A program made the position numbers and the translations under genes. Under the pieces are notes generated by a model. That model had not been told where the DNA came from, searched no databases, and saw only the letters and a list, made by a program, of their open reading frames with translations. 64,000 bases of DNA from Auanema rhodensis (taxonomy: Eukaryota; Animalia; Nematoda). Shown here one piece after another: positions 29,393-44,404 of this stretch; the first letter of the stretch is position 1; the number at the start of each line of letters is the position of its first letter. Where the stretch lies: the NCBI GenBank assembly GCA_964057225.1, contig OZ059895.1, positions 18,972,001 to 19,036,000 of the forward strand, given 5' to 3'.

Positions 29393-32300
29393 ATGGTGGC
29401 ACAAGTTCAGAGTATAGAGGGTATATTCAACTTAATTTTCAACTTTAAAGCTTTTGTCTTATTATTTAGATTTAATAACTTCTTTGTTAGAATGTTCATC
29501 ATCCTATCAAACTTCTGATGTTATCCTGAATGAGGTTATCATTTTTTCATAATTATTTAACTTTCTTGTATGTGTTTTTAAGATTGCTGACTCATTAAAA
29601 GTTATTGGTCAACATCAGCCAACAGCTATTTTAACAGCATGTTATCAATATCTTTTACAAAATCCAAGGGTACAATTAATTCATTTCATTGTATTATTTA
29701 TAATTTTTTAAAATAAAATATTTAAGCTATCTCCGGGAAATAAATCCTATGTTTTGAAATCAATAAACACTGTTGTAAGTGACTCAGCGGTGCTCCAGAA
29801 GCTAGATGATCAACTTGTTCTACTTATTATTAACTTGGCAACCCAAGAGATGACTATGAGCAAGGTTTGTTTTTGCAAAATAATTCTTACGAGCATTATC
29901 TTGTTGAATAGGATGCTGAGACCGAGTGGGCAGATTCTGCACGTGAAGTTTTGGTAACATTTGGAAAAAGTGATCGATTTGTTTCTCATGTACTTGATGC
30001 TATTTTACAAAAATTTCCACCTGGATTATCAAGTAGTCCTCATAGATATGTTGTACTCTCTTTAGCTACATTAGCTCAACATAATCGTAAGTTTAACTGT
30101 ATACATTAGTTAATTTCTAAAGAAAGATTTGTTTATAGCTTTTGGTCTCATTCCTTTTTTAACTGATATTCTCTCTAGAACTGTGCCTTTACTACCTTAT
30201 ATACGCACTGATTCACTAAGGTTGTTATTCCAATTTCTTTACCGATTTCAATGTAAATGTATGTCTAGATGTGCATGGGCTCGAGCAATTTGTTCTTTCT
30301 GTGAAGCTATTCGTGAATGTCAGACTGAACGTCCACTGGAAGCCATTGAGGATTTAGATGGTTGGAATGAATTTATATGAACAATAATAATATTTTTTCA
30401 AATATTTTTAGTTGATGCTACCAAGCCTGATTCCACAATAATTCATGATGTTTCTAATAGGGCTATATACTCTGATCAATCAGAAGCTATTTATGATAAT
30501 ATTTTCCAATGGATGTATAGCAAAGATCCTCGCGTAAGTTGATTTTGTTTCTTTTGCATATAAATATTTGTAATTGACTTTTATAGACCAGAGCTGAAGC
30601 AGCGGAATGTATAGGAGAGTTATGTTTGGTTGTTCCAAGCAAGAAAGTAGTTGAAGATATTAAGAAGCTTGTTCAAACTATTACGGGACTATATAAAAAA
30701 GCATATTCTGAACAGCATATGATTACTATTGTAAGAATATTGTTTTAGTTGAATTTCTTATGATATCGTTTATATATTATAGGCATTATGTAGATTATTA
30801 GAAGCAACATGTGAAGATGAAGCCATCCCATTAGAACATTATCTCGAAGATATTTTAAATGCTTTATTTCCAAATGCTTGCTTAGACCCTGATGATGCTA
30901 CTGTAAATTTGAATGCGCAGGCTATCAAGAATCACAGTGAAGCGTTTCGATGTTTCCATGTAGCTTGTAAGTTTTCCTTACTTTTTCTTTGTAAAATTAA
31001 ACTTTTTTTCGTAATTCTAGCTAGAAGATTTGCTGATAAGATTGTTTATTATTTGTTGCACAAAATGCAGAATGTAGCTGATTTGCAAAAGCTGGGAGCC
31101 ATAAATGTTCTAAGGCATCTGCTCAATTCTTCAGGTTTGGTCATTTCAAACTTAATTTTTGTTATTAAGATATTTAGGTCAATACATGGAAGACAAACGA
31201 AGTCTTGTTATGATGGGCTTAAAGAAATTACTTGGAGCTGAATTACATGCATCCATCAAGGTTCTATTTGAGATGGAAGAGATGTTTCAATTTTTCAAAT
31301 ATTTTCAGGTGAAAAGAGCTGTGGTTCAACTCTGTGTTGCTTTAGCCGACCATGCTTATGTTGATGCTGAAGGAGGAGAGCATGTCATTTCTTTTTTAGT
31401 TAGGAATTTAGTTCCTCCTTCCGAGCAAGAAGCTCAATTACGACGTATTGATATTGATGTAGCAGGGTCTAATCAGTTAAGAACTCAATGCGCTCAAGCT
31501 TTACATACAATAGCTAGTACTTGTGTCTGTGCTCATAAGGTATTTTGACTATTTTTTTATTTTTGCGACTATACATAGCGTTTTAGCTTCTTTGGCCTTA
31601 TTTATTGGAATTTGTGTGCCTTGATAGATACTCTCCTGTAATTGGAGATATTTTCAAATGCCTTCGAATTTTGGTTAGCAGGGAAAGAGAAGCTGAACGT
31701 GAGATTGATTATGTAACCGGGTTTGATAATCGTGAGTATTTAGTTTTGCTAAATGATAAAAATAATTTTCTTTGTTCAGCTAAAGTTGCTGGGAAGTATG
31801 CTATGATGGCTCGCTTAATAGTCTGCATGTGCAATGCTCCATTGAATGGATTAATTACTCGTCGAGCAAGGTAATATAAAATGAAATCGAATATTTTCTA
31901 AAAGTATTTTTTAAAGAGAATCACTTGTTTTGTTCCGCGCAATTGCTTCTTGGCTTCATCCGTCTGTAATTGAAACCGCAGAAGCTTATACCGAACGGAT
32001 GGAACCCCTCTTAGACGGTTTGTTGAGATTCTTCTGATTCTAACTCTCTACATTGTTTAGAACTAAGCAATGTTGTTGTCTCGTCACCATCTACGGAAAC
32101 TTCCCCGGCAGTTGAACTTCGAGGTCGTAGGATAGCTAGGTTTGTTTTCAATTTTTTTCGATTTTCACTTTAATTTGTATAGATGGCATGATACTGTACT
32201 TGACATGTTGAGTTCATGTTTATCAGCTGTGTCTGATGGTTCTTGGAGGCAAGAAGTTGCTTCTGCTTTTGCTAAGCAACTAGATTTGTATAAAGATACT

Positions 32301-35300
32301 CCTGATGAGAAGGTGACATTATCAATGCTTATATTATCAATATATTATTTTTTGTTTAGGCGTTTCTACTAAGATGTATAGGAACTTGTTTGTCTAAGAT
32401 TGCTTTGAAGCCATTTATTGTCGACCATCTGATGCTGATGTTCAAGTACGATATTCTTTGTAATATATTAAAATTTATGTTGTTCATATGTTACAGGTCA
32501 ACTCAGCACAATAATGCCACAGAGAGACAAGGTTGCGCTAGAGGAGTTGGAGCATGTGCAGCTGTACATATCGAGACTGTTTTAGTGGAGTTAGAGAATG
32601 TATCGAAGTGGGAGCATGCTAAGAAAAGTAGTGGATTCTTTGGATTTATCAAAGTTTGTTAAAAATTCTATGATTTAATGTCTATTTCATTGTAGGATGC
32701 TATGCCGATGAGGCAATATTCGGATGTTGAAATGGTGTATCTGCGAGCAACTTTGATGCTGAGTTATGGGCAAGTGGTTATGGCTTGTCCTGTAGATACC
32801 GTTACTCAGAGACTTCAAAATACCATAATAATTTTTTTGAGACATTACTTTGCTAATTCAAAGGTTTTGTTTGTTCTTTTTGCTGGAAACTCAGTTATTT
32901 TTTTTAGCAAGAAACTGTAGTTCGCGAAGCTATGCTCGAAACAATGAGACTGATTGCTCTTGCCGTGAACTCAGTGCGACTGGGCGTTGAGTACAAGCTT
33001 GAGTGTAGAAATGAATTATTGGCTTACATTAAGGTATTAATCTATGCTCATACCAGATTCACGTTATTATTATCTAGGATTATGTTCAAAGTGAAAATCC
33101 TGAAGTTTTGTCAAGTTCGCTACGCTTATTGGCAGCCAAAGCATTTGCTGCATTAGTGTAAGTTTTAGTTTAATTTCAAATCAAAGGATTTACTAAAATA
33201 TTTCATTTCAGACGATTGCAACCATCATTATCTGATAATGACATTAAAGATCACGGTCAAATTTTGACTCAGTACATTCTGCCTTTATGTCGAGAAAAAA
33301 GCGGATTAAAAACGGTACTTTCTTATTATTTTATTTTCCCTGAGCATTCCAAAAAGCTTTTGATTCTCCATATATTCAACCAAGTTCACCACAGCTAACC
33401 CTTTGCACCTTTAGTTGGCTTATGATCTGTTTGATTATGCTACTTCTTCACTTTCTGTTCTAACTCTGGATACCACACCAAACTCAATTAATACCAGAAA
33501 GGTACACTACAGCTTAATCTTTCTTTGTTTTCATAATTTTTTAAAACTTGGTTTTGAAACATTTAAATCTTCTTTAGATAGAAGATGATGAGTCGGCAAC
33601 TATCATGGATGCAACTGTCAATCACTACGGTTCTGCTTTAGAAGCTATGGTCTTCATGAAACCTACAGTTCATACGGTCACAATTCTTCTTAAGGTATTT
33701 CAAACATTTCGGAATGTAAGACTGAAAGACTGATCAACATATTTTTTATACAGATGCTTCAACCTTTTTATGGTAAGTCTGCTGAACACGAGAGAGCTCG
33801 AGCTATTGATGCAACTGTACTCATCCTAAGAGTGTATTACGAATTTGCTGAAGATATTGTGCTAGGAGTAAGCTTTATCATTTGTATCAGCATTTCCCTC
33901 ATTTTCATTCTAGCATGCAAATGATTTTACTCCGTTGTCTTCATTACTGGCTCGTTTAACACCACGACTAGCTGACAGCTTGTCTCAAATCCGACTTCAA
34001 GCTCTTTCAGCACTTCATTGGTCCTTGAGACTTGCTCATGTACATAAGGTAAGTGAATTCTCTTGATGTTATCTCTTGATGGTATCTCAATGAAACATTT
34101 TTTTAATTACTCTATAATACATTATTTTTAACAGGGTCATGGAAGAGATTCTGATGGATCTGCATTTGATATGGAAGAATTCATTAAATTACATTTATCC
34201 GAAGAAGGTCGCCTAGATGGACAAACAGCTAAGAGAGCCATTAAATCAATTTCCGAGGTATAAAAACTAATAAGCTTTGATAACTGATTATGAATTGAAG
34301 ATAATTGATGCTCGTTTACCTCAATCTCAAATGCAGCTTTATATTTCGGGGCTTTTCGATATGTTAACAGATCGACAGAGCCAAGTAAGCTCTTCAGCTG
34401 CCCAACTTTTAACTTATTCTCTCCAAACTCGCGGATCTCTACTCATTGCGGAGGTAATTATATTCAATGAAAATTTTTTTATCACATATATTTGAGGGGG
34501 AAACATTGGTTTCAACATTGATAGAAAGGCTGCCTGAAGTTAATACTTGTGTTCAAACGTACACAGATGTTATGGCAGCCTTAGTGGCTTTTGCTGCTCA
34601 TCAACTTCATACAGTCTGTGATGCTTTAATTAAACAGCCTTTGCCTATTGCTTTGTGAGTTTTTACTACATTTCTGATATAAAACTTTGTCGCCTTTCTA
34701 GACATCCTTGTGACGCTTGGGGTTGTTTATCTAGAGATCGTAACCTATTTCCTTCCATCATCGACTATCTTCTGGAACTTTTGACTCCATCACTTGAGGC
34801 ATCTTATGAGATAATGGATACAGGCGCTGGAAACTCGGTTAAGATTGTGAATGTAGAACCATGTCAATATGCAGCTGCTATTGCGGAAGTTGTAAAGGTT
34901 GTTAGTATTAGATTTTTACATGTTTAAAAAAACGAGTTCAGAATGGTGAGCCGGAGTGGACTTTGAATGAAAGAGTACCATCTCTTCTAGCTGCTCTTTT
35001 TCATCATATTTGTAGTGTTGCCGATACCCAATTTCCTGTTGTCCAAAAAGAAAATAAGGATGGTATGTCTCAAACCACTTCACACTAATATATTATAAAA
35101 ATTATTTTAGGAACAAAACAGCCTCTGATTATCACACCAGAGTTGCGGAAAGCTGCTGAGAAACCAGTTGGCCTACCTCTAGCAGCTATCAAAGGAATTC
35201 TGACTAGGTTTTGTTTTTTGTTTTAATTTTCTTAATGAATTCATCTCTCTTTAGACTTCGTGTGTTGAGTGTGATTGAAGATATGAATCAAGCAAGAGCT

Positions 35301-36727
35301 TGGACGGAATGTCTTGACAAAGAACAATTTATTTCTGCTGTAAAAACACTGTTTCTCATTCTTTCTTAAGTTTTTATTTTCTAGCTAAGTCAGTTAATTC
35401 GTTCAATTGCCGAACATCGACCTGATTGGATTGAACAACTCTGGATATGCTTAGCTGAAAAAGCGGAGAGTGAGCATGAACCCATTCGATTGGCAGCGGT
35501 AATTACTGCTTCTGCTTTGATCAAAAAGTAAGTGATTCTATTAGTCATTTGTGATTATAAGTCGTTTTAGTTGTCCTGACTCACAAGGACAGTTTAATGA
35601 GAAGCTACTAATTGAATGCATAAGGCTGCTTCAGAACGAATTGACAGATCAAAGTTTACGCATTAGAAAGGTTAGTTGCTGTAAAATTTTGAATTAAAAC
35701 TGTTTTTAATTTAGTTGTGTCTTCGTGGTCTTGGAGAATTAGCTGACTGTCCTTCTGAAGGTGTAACCAAGAGATTTGCTAGCATGGCTGTTGAGGCAGC
35801 TATGGCTGGATTGGATGATCTAGGAGATCGTCAGGATACGGTATCAAGATATTTATTTTTCGATCCTACCATACTTTGTATTCCTAGGTTGCTATGGAGT
35901 CGATTGTAGCATTGAGTAAGCTTGTTTCTCGGACTAATGACCAGCAATTAACAAGCATATTGCCTCAAGTTCTCTTGAAAGTTCGACCATGCTTTGAAAA
36001 GGTATTCTACAATAATAATAACCGTTGAAATTTTCGTATTTAGGAATCACCCAACTTAAGAGCTGCATGCTTCAGCCTGTTTGGAGAGCTTGGTCATAGA
36101 GTTGGTGAAGGATCTACAGAGTTTTTCAATCATTTACAAACAAACATAGTAACAATATTGCTTCATGCAAATGATGAAAGTGACGATGTCAGAAAGGTAC
36201 AGTATTTATTCAAACTTTGTGCTAAACAATTGTCTTTTAGATGTGCACCTTAGCTCTCTTCCGTGTTCACTCGCTTTTGAATATTGGAATTCTATCTTCT
36301 CTGGTGGAACGAGAGCTTCATGGAGGTCGTCCACCTTCTTCTTACAATTCCTTTATTTCTGATTTTGCTGCTGTTCTGGTATTTGCCTTTGTTTTTAAGA
36401 TTAATATAATGCCCGTTGTTACAGACTTCGTCTTTTCCCGATCGTGTCAACCAGTATGCTCTTACATGCAGTAATTATTTCAAAAGTGCAAGTCCCTGCA
36501 TTCGTTCAAATGCAGCTGTATTAACTGGTAGTTTATTAGCAGATTTATCTCCGCAACTAAGAGCTACGATTAGTAAAGATTTAATCTTCTCAGGTATCAT
36601 GTTTTGAAAATTTCTCAAACTTACTACTTATCTCTTTTCAGGCCTCGTTTTACTTTTAAAAGATGAAGATCTTACTGTTCGTATATCTGCCACAAAAGCA
36701 ATTGCCAGTTTATATGCGTTTTCTTAA
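29393..36727 (+). CDS. hpo-27: Maestro HEAT-like repeat protein (MROH1/HEATR7A; HPO-27-like), about 45 exons
   Basis: Long helical-repeat ORF across many ~50-nt introns. MROH1-like segments include LIINLATQEMT, KNHSEAFRCF, LRHLLNS, LWPYLLEFV, ERQGCARGVG, LRATLMLSYG and CLRGLG. Orthology is from recognition, not a search. Confidence 0.85.
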
Positions 36728-37361
36728 TTTATTTTTCTTTCATTGTATGTATTGTATAGAAACTGTAATTCACTTTTCTTCAAATCTGTGATGATTTTGC
36801 CATTGGATTTTGATTTTTCTGGCTGAAAATTCATTCATAGCGTTTTTTTTTGACGGGAAATCGGATTTTTTTCGCTTTTTTTGAAAAAATCCTAGTAGTT
36901 TCTGATTATGGTTAAGCATATCCTGTTCGTTGTGTTATGAGTCTAGTCTGTGAGATTTTGTTTGCAACCAAAAATGACAAAACTTTTCTAATGACTTGAA
37001 AAATATAAATTTTAAATATCAAATAGCTTGCTGAAATAAAGTTTTAAGATTTCTATTTTTTTAATATTGGAGATAAGAATAAATGACTCTCCGCCTTCTA
37101 ATCGTATTTGAATGATCATTTTATTTAACAACGGGCAAGACACTAAATGAGCAGCATCAGCGGCACCTCGACCATCGACAGCGTTGTCGCAAAATATAGA
37201 AGTACTGATAACAACTAGCTGTTTCTCTCTTATTGATAAACAGACTGACGCATTCCTTTTTGTTTCGTAGAATTGTCACATACGAAAGATTTGAAAAGTA
37301 ATTTTTCCTTTTAACTTCAATTACCGTTTATGCTTTTTTTTGAAAATTGAATGCTTCAGAT

Positions 37362-38754
37362 ATGATTAATTCAGTAATTTTTGGAATTTTTTTCATAGTA
37401 TCTGTATATAGTGATGCAGTGGATAGTGATGCATCATGTATAACAGAATGTTCTGAAGTAGGTTTTATATTCTTAGACTTCAACTATTTCTTTAATCGAG
37501 TTTCGAAATAGTATATAATCATGATTTACTTAAGACTATAATGCCACGCTGTGGTACTTGGCTAACCAGAGAAGACAATGCCAAAGTTGGAGGAACATAT
37601 GAGGTTTTCTTTAAAAGATTTTATCATTTTATTTACTTGATTTATTCTTTTTTTCAGTTGAATAAAGGAGTTTTAAATATGTCTTGTGAATTTTCATCTT
37701 TACCGAAACCTGCTGAAGTTATATGGATGCACAAAGGTGGAAATACAAACAGTTGGAGTACATTCCCATGTTCAACTAAGCTTGAGAACAAAGTTTGTGG
37801 GTGAGATTTGTATATATTCAATTATGTATTTTAAAAAATTAATCAAATTTCATAATTTCATTCATTTTGTACATCTTTGTAATAAGTTTGTATCGTATGA
37901 ATTTCAAGTTTTAAATGCAAATCTACAACATTATATTTAGAATTATTTATAACCTACTTAATTGTATATTTAAGTTTGCTTTTTCTCATTCAGAAGTTCT
38001 GGACATACTGTTGAATCAAGATGCATCTTAAGAACAACAAACTTGAATATGTCTGGAAGTTATCGTTGCCAGGCTGCAACAACCTCGTTTGCAACCGAGA
38101 ATTCTAAAGCTTATGGGTTAGAGCATTAATTTTCAAATTTCCAATAAAGAAGGGGAAATTTCAGTTCAGCATTTGAAGTTGATGTTGTTGGAATCTCTGA
38201 TGTAATAGTTCACAATCATACTTTGATATATAACAAGTTTGGTAATATATTAGTTGAAGTAGGTAGATTTCTGATATTACCTATAGTTAACGTTCACAAA
38301 AGTAATTTATATTTCCAATTTAGTTTGTTAAATGACGTAGCCAATTATTAAAATGTTCAGATTTGTGCAAATCCAAAACCAGAAGTTTTTTGGCTTTCTA
38401 AGAATCACATCATTACTCCTCATGAAGGAAATCATCGCTTAACTGCTACTCATCTTCACCGTCGTCGGGTAAATGTTTTTTCGTCATCATGACCATTAAA
38501 AAATCTTCAAAGTTGAAATATTTTTCATATTTTAGATTCGTCTTGATGCTGTTGGTCCATCAACTATTGTTCCTTATTGTTATATTAGTGAACTATTCAT
38601 TCGTAAAGTTGAATTAGATGATAGTTTCCAACTTTTGATTAAGTCTGATGATATTACTCAAACATACAATTTTGGACTTCGAGTAAAATCTAGCATGTCG
38701 TCTTTCAGCAATTTTATTGGTATCATCATAATGACAATTTTGTTATTGAAATAA
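37362..38754 (+). CDS. Secreted or GPI-anchored two-Ig-domain (ZIG-like) protein
   Basis: Signal peptide MINSVIFGIFFIVSVYS; Ig1 MSCEF..VIWMH..SGSYRCQA; Ig2 ICANPKPEVFW..CYISELFI; hydrophobic C-terminal tail FIGIIIMTILLLK*. Confidence 0.85.
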
Positions 38755-38821
38755 AAAGTATTTTAAGACAAAATAAACAATATAATTATAAATTTCAAAC
38801 CAAATTTTTGTTTTTACAAAT

Positions 38822-41038
38822 TTATTTGAACTTTATGCTTGTACCCATAGCATCATAATAGTATTTCAATAACGGATTCTTACTGATTGATTCAGTTTCA
38901 TTGTTATAACATCGATCTGTTAGCATTTTTGTACCAAAACTAGAAGCACATTGTGATCGGGGCATCCATGATGAAATTGTTCGATATTTGTGATATTTGG
39001 ATGTTTTAAGTTGATTGAATACAAGATCTTTGCACAAATTACATATTGAATCCGACATACGATAATCCTTTCGGTAGTACTTTGTCCAATTGAAGTACCT
39101 GAAATCAAATCATTTTGCATAAATAATTAAACTATTTGAAGTTTCTCAAGTAAAGACTACTTTATATAACTTATTCTTCTTTAACTATAGATGTTTTAAT
39201 GACTTTTAAGTTGAAGTTATGTTTGACAGCATACCTCTTATATTCATTTTTATTTTCCATTAACCAATTCAAATATTTCCCTAGTTCTTCTAATGAACAG
39301 AAATCATCAACAGCGATAAAAGCATCATCAGGAACCATACCAGTTACAACTTCTCTTTTGAATGTAATAGGAACTGAATAGAAGAGAGTTTATATTATTC
39401 AGCTTCAGCTTTCTCTCAAACCGATAAGACGTTTGAAACGATAAAATTTCTCTGTTATGTAGTCGGTACAGACAGAATTTTCCAAAGCAAGATAGAAATG
39501 TGAAGCTTCTGTAGAATTATATAACCGAATGATACTTAAGATCCGATGTTTTGTACGCACCTAGAACATCCTGTTCACAGTCGAAGTCACATGGAGTAGC
39601 TCCTTCACATCTACCATATCTGAAAACAGAGGTAAAAATCATGTATAAATTAAAATAATTATGTGTGTTAATTAACTATATAACTATTGTAATAAGAAAA
39701 AATATTCAATAAACTTGCTACAAATTGACTTACATAGACACTTCATGATAATTGTTTAAAGTACGAACTATCTCATCTCTTCGTGATCTAGCATTGCAAT
39801 GAGAAGCCAAAAAGAATGATCCGCGAACCTTCTTCTCGATTGCCTGATCAACCTATAATCATAAAAAGATGTATATGTAAATCATTGATCAACTGGCACA
39901 AACCTCGTCTTCAGACCATTGCGGATCATCTTCATGCTCAATGAGATCCATCGTGAAATATCTTTCCCAATAGTTCGCACGACGGTGATACGTCATTGTG
40001 ACATCAAAAAATTTCATGGGAACCTATATCAGAGATTTCAGCATAATCTTTAACCTCAAGATCAATCTTCCCTACCTCATACCAATGTCTATAGAATCCT
40101 TTCCATTCTCTTCCAGGAGATTCTCTCATGAAAAATACAATTTTCTGATGTTTTTTCTTCTTCGGTAACGATCGTATAGTTCCACCATGGATGATGAGCA
40201 CATCAGCAGCACTGACATTACTGAAAAACAGAAATGCTTATCCATTCTTAAACATCAATTTTTATTTTTATTCTAGGTTAGGTCAGTTTAACAGTCTAAT
40301 CAATTAAAATGAACAAACTGTCGGCTATCAGAGTAGTCACATCGATATTCACAAAGCTTCAAACGATCGAACATCCATGATAATGGTCTCTTATGAAACT
40401 TGTTCCATCCAACAATCAACGGTACTTTTCCAATCACTTTCTAAAACCATATTCATATTTTTTTCTCCTTAAAATTCTGTTTCGAATAGAGCTTGAAGTA
40501 ATTACCAATGCTCCACGTGGGCCATTGTTCTTTGGTTTGCTCATATCGAATTTATGAAATGTTGACGTCTCTACGGCATATGTTTCAACGTTATGCTATA
40601 AACTTTTTTTCTTTTCATACTGTAGTGTGTTTATTTTATCGAATAAGCCAAATATATGAATAAAATAAAATTATATAATTGGCTAGTTGCCATTAGCTAA
40701 CCTCAGACATGAGTTCGTTCGATTTTGATGATCCATATGAATTATCAGTTAACTGAAAATACAAAACAAATTTTATCAATTATCAAATTATCAATGATCT
40801 AACTTACATAATCCTGAAATAAAACTTCTGTTTTATAATTCAAAATAATTTAAAAAACATACCAAAAAGGGATTATATAAAGAAGTTGATATATATCCTG
40901 ATATTACAAATATGCTTAGAAAAAGCAATAAACCAGATGCTTAAAAAAAATAAAAACAGTGTATATGATAACATATAACAAACCTGAAAATCGTATACAA
41001 GTTAATCTTTGTATTAAAGTAAATATACGTGTCTTCAT
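38822..41038 (-). CDS. Alpha-1,3/4-fucosyltransferase (CAZy GT10)
   Basis: Type II TM segment GLLLFLSIFVISGYI; ADVLIIH, VFFMRESP, TMTYHR, ASHCNARSRR, and the GT10 motif FYLALENSVCTDYITEKF; DAFIAVDDF, YFNW, ICNLC. Confidence 0.95.
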
Positions 41039-42746
41039 GTTGATTACTTAACTATACGTATAAGTTGAAGATGTCAAACATGTGAAGAACAAGTTTACTT
41101 TTATAATATAGAAAATTAAAAAAAGGATTCTGAGGTTACAAATTGTTCCAATGAATATTGTGAAGCGAGGAAAATCGGCTATATCGTTCTATCTTTGCAC
41201 ATAAAATTCAAGGATATTCTGCTACATGTAGTTATATCAATTAGCCGAGAATATTGACACATCTGTTTGATGCTCAATACCACGTTGGACACCATAGTCT
41301 TGCCGGGATGCATCACTGAAGTTCGTTCATTGAAAAGCTTTATCATCACTAATGTGTAGCGTATATCATTATTGGGTTGTGTTGAACATATAGAAAGTTT
41401 GTATATTTCTTGTTAATTTTCCCACAACATCATTTTTCAATTTTTGATCGTCCAATATCGTTCAAAAGTTGTAAACTTAAAGCATTAATGATCAGATCAA
41501 TACGCATTAATAACCAATATCATCATAATCTGATCTTCAATGGTCTTTAGAATAAAGCATCATGTGAGACACTCTTTATGAATCACAGCAAATACAAATT
41601 CATCCTAATTTTTGATTTTTTTCTCACTCTAAATAAAATGAATCAAAGGAATAAAAATATTTATGAAAGAATATTACAAGAAAGAAAGAAAAACTCTCTA
41701 AAAACTTGAGAATCCCAAATTTATCTGCAATAAGAAGCTTTTACCATACATCTTTCCTCATTTCATGAAGAATCTAATAACACGTGTTCCCATTTATATT
41801 TGTCATTCTGAAGTATATGTTATAACTGAAAGTTATTAAAATGAAAATTTAGATTGATTTCAACATATTTTGACAGAACCCATGTGATGATAACAAATTT
41901 TTAAAACTTTTAAGTTCGAAAAAGTTTGAAAAAATATTAATTTATAAACATATTCTTATGAATTCAAATCAAAATTATGTTTAATTATATTATTTTTTCA
42001 ATTTCATGGCATTGTATCAATCTGATGCTTCTGTGACAAGATAGATGTTAGAGTTCTAGGAAAAATCCCAAACCATGAATTGGCAGATTAAAAATTTTAA
42101 AAAAATTGGATATCAAGGAGTAGGCAGGGGCAATCAAATTCGATGATCATAAAGAGGCGGATCTGTTACAAATATAAAATGAAAGGATGGAAATAATGAA
42201 TTAGAGAGCTGAAACTGTAGAGCTCTAAGATTATTGGACGTGCTATATACTATATGACTGACTCTGAGATTATACATATGATTTAAAAAGTTGATTTGAT
42301 TTCAATTAGTATATACTATAACAAGTTTGTAGATCCCTTTTTAGTAATTTTCAAGTAAGCTACTATTTAACAAAAGTTTGAAACAACACAAAATATTTTG
42401 AATATTACATTGAAATATTAATCAAATAATGCAATCTTATTTCTGAAAATCTAATAATAACTTTTTCCAATTTTGATAAAAGTTTTTATTTTAATGAAAT
42501 TCATTAGATTAGTTGTATGATATGTATATTTGAAAACTAATTCAAATTAATTAGAGAAATATGTTTTATGCGTTCATTATAATTACTCAAAAAAAAAAGT
42601 TTTAATAAAAATTAATTTGAAATATAAATATGATATATATAGTATATATTTTAATTTTAAAAATATAAACTATACATTTGCAGTTCTAATATATAAAAAT
42701 ACATTTTGTAGAATACAATATAGTTATGAAAAAAGTACAATAATAG

Positions 42747-44119
42747 TTAATTACTCATCACTATGCTTCCAGTTTCAGATGAACCCCATATTCTTTCTCT
42801 TAAAATACGTTTAACCTGAAAAATCGTACTGTTTATTCACGGTTTAATATAAGCTACAAACTTCTGAATTAGTTATTAAATAAATTATAGCATTTGAACA
42901 ACTATTAAGTACAACACAAATTGGAATTGTCATTAACCATGTATTGGATAAATTAAAATTTGTTATAATTATAGGTGAAAGATAAAATAAAAACCAAGTA
43001 AATAGATAGAAGATATAAATTAAAGAAAATTGTAAAGCATATCTGAAATAATAGTTAGAATAGTTAAAATACTTACTATATAAATGTATATTAATTAATA
43101 TAAAATATAAAAAAACAAATAGTTATACAACTAAGAGAAAAATGCTTTGATGAGCACGAAGTAGCAGTTTGTATACAAATTGGACAAGAAGCTTACTTGT
43201 ACTCTTTTCTACTCTGAGTATGTTTGAAAAGTTGATTTGTTAGTGACATTTGGTTTCTAACATAGAAATAAATCTTTAAATATTATAATTATGTATAATA
43301 TAATAGAAGAAACATGAAAACTAACTGATGTATAGCATATTATACTCATTATTGATGTTATACAATTAATTGGCATATTAATAAACATTGAATAATTAGT
43401 TACATTATCCAATGTAATATACGAAAATGAATAAAGTTTTGGATTAATAACAAATCTTAAAAAATAAAAGTATTTAAGATTATATAGTTATGATGAAACT
43501 TACTCACAACATGGCAGAACTTTTTGAATAATAAAAGAAAGAATAAAAGATATAGATATCTGTATTAAAACTACATTTCGTACTAACTTATATGTAAATA
43601 TATTATATGATGGCAAACATACAACAACAAATCTGAAAAGTTTCGAAAATTTGTTTGAATACATTTGAATTCTTTTTTTCAAATTTTTCTTTAAATATCA
43701 TTCAGACCTATTTATTGCCATTAGTATTTGACAAGCTGTTACATTTTGCCAAAAAAATACAAAAAGAAATGAAAGTAAATGAACAATAAGACCATTACGG
43801 CCATCTGAAAGTAGCCAACTCTGAAATGTTTATGATAAAATTTAAATAATAACCATTGTAATAGATTACATCTAAAATAAATGCTGGAAATGAATATCCA
43901 AACATGATAAAGAGTATTAGAATATCAGTAAGAATATTTGAAAATGCAATAAGATAAACCGGAGAAGTCTTTGTTCTAAAGTTTTAATTAAATAAGCTGT
44001 TAGATGTTTATAACTTACAAAAAACATAAAATAGAAACAGGATACAGAACTAATATAGTTATGATTATCCCAAAAATATTTATAATTGAAAGAATTGAAA
44101 GAAGGATTGTTTTAAGCAT
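42747..44119 (-). CDS. Serpentine chemoreceptor GPCR, Srx-like
   Basis: Seven hydrophobic segments; SPVYLIAFSNILTD, QILMAINRFVVVC, RKEYKYALQF, NSCSNAIIYLITNSEVKR. Confidence 0.85.
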
Positions 44120-44404
44120 TCTCAAAAGAAAATGAAATCTTTGAAAATTTAGATTTTTAATTATATTTCATAACATTTGTTATAGAAAGTACATTGGTGA
44201 ACGATCAAAGTATAATTTTGAGTACAACATTAGAGAAAATACAAACAATTTTTAGAAAAATAGTGTGAGACAATAATGCCATTGTTTTACTCTTAGTAAA
44301 ATGATTTGGTATATAATTTGTTCTGAATAGTTATGGGATAGCACATTAAATCAAAAGGAAGAAGAGGCAAATAACGAAATCTAAAATTAGTTGCTTATAC
44401 TATG

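Noticed and set aside
25160-38754. Possible operon of top-1, the MROH1-like gene and the Ig gene
   Set aside because: Gaps of about 1.1 kb and 0.6 kb between coding regions, and SL2 usage cannot be read from DNA
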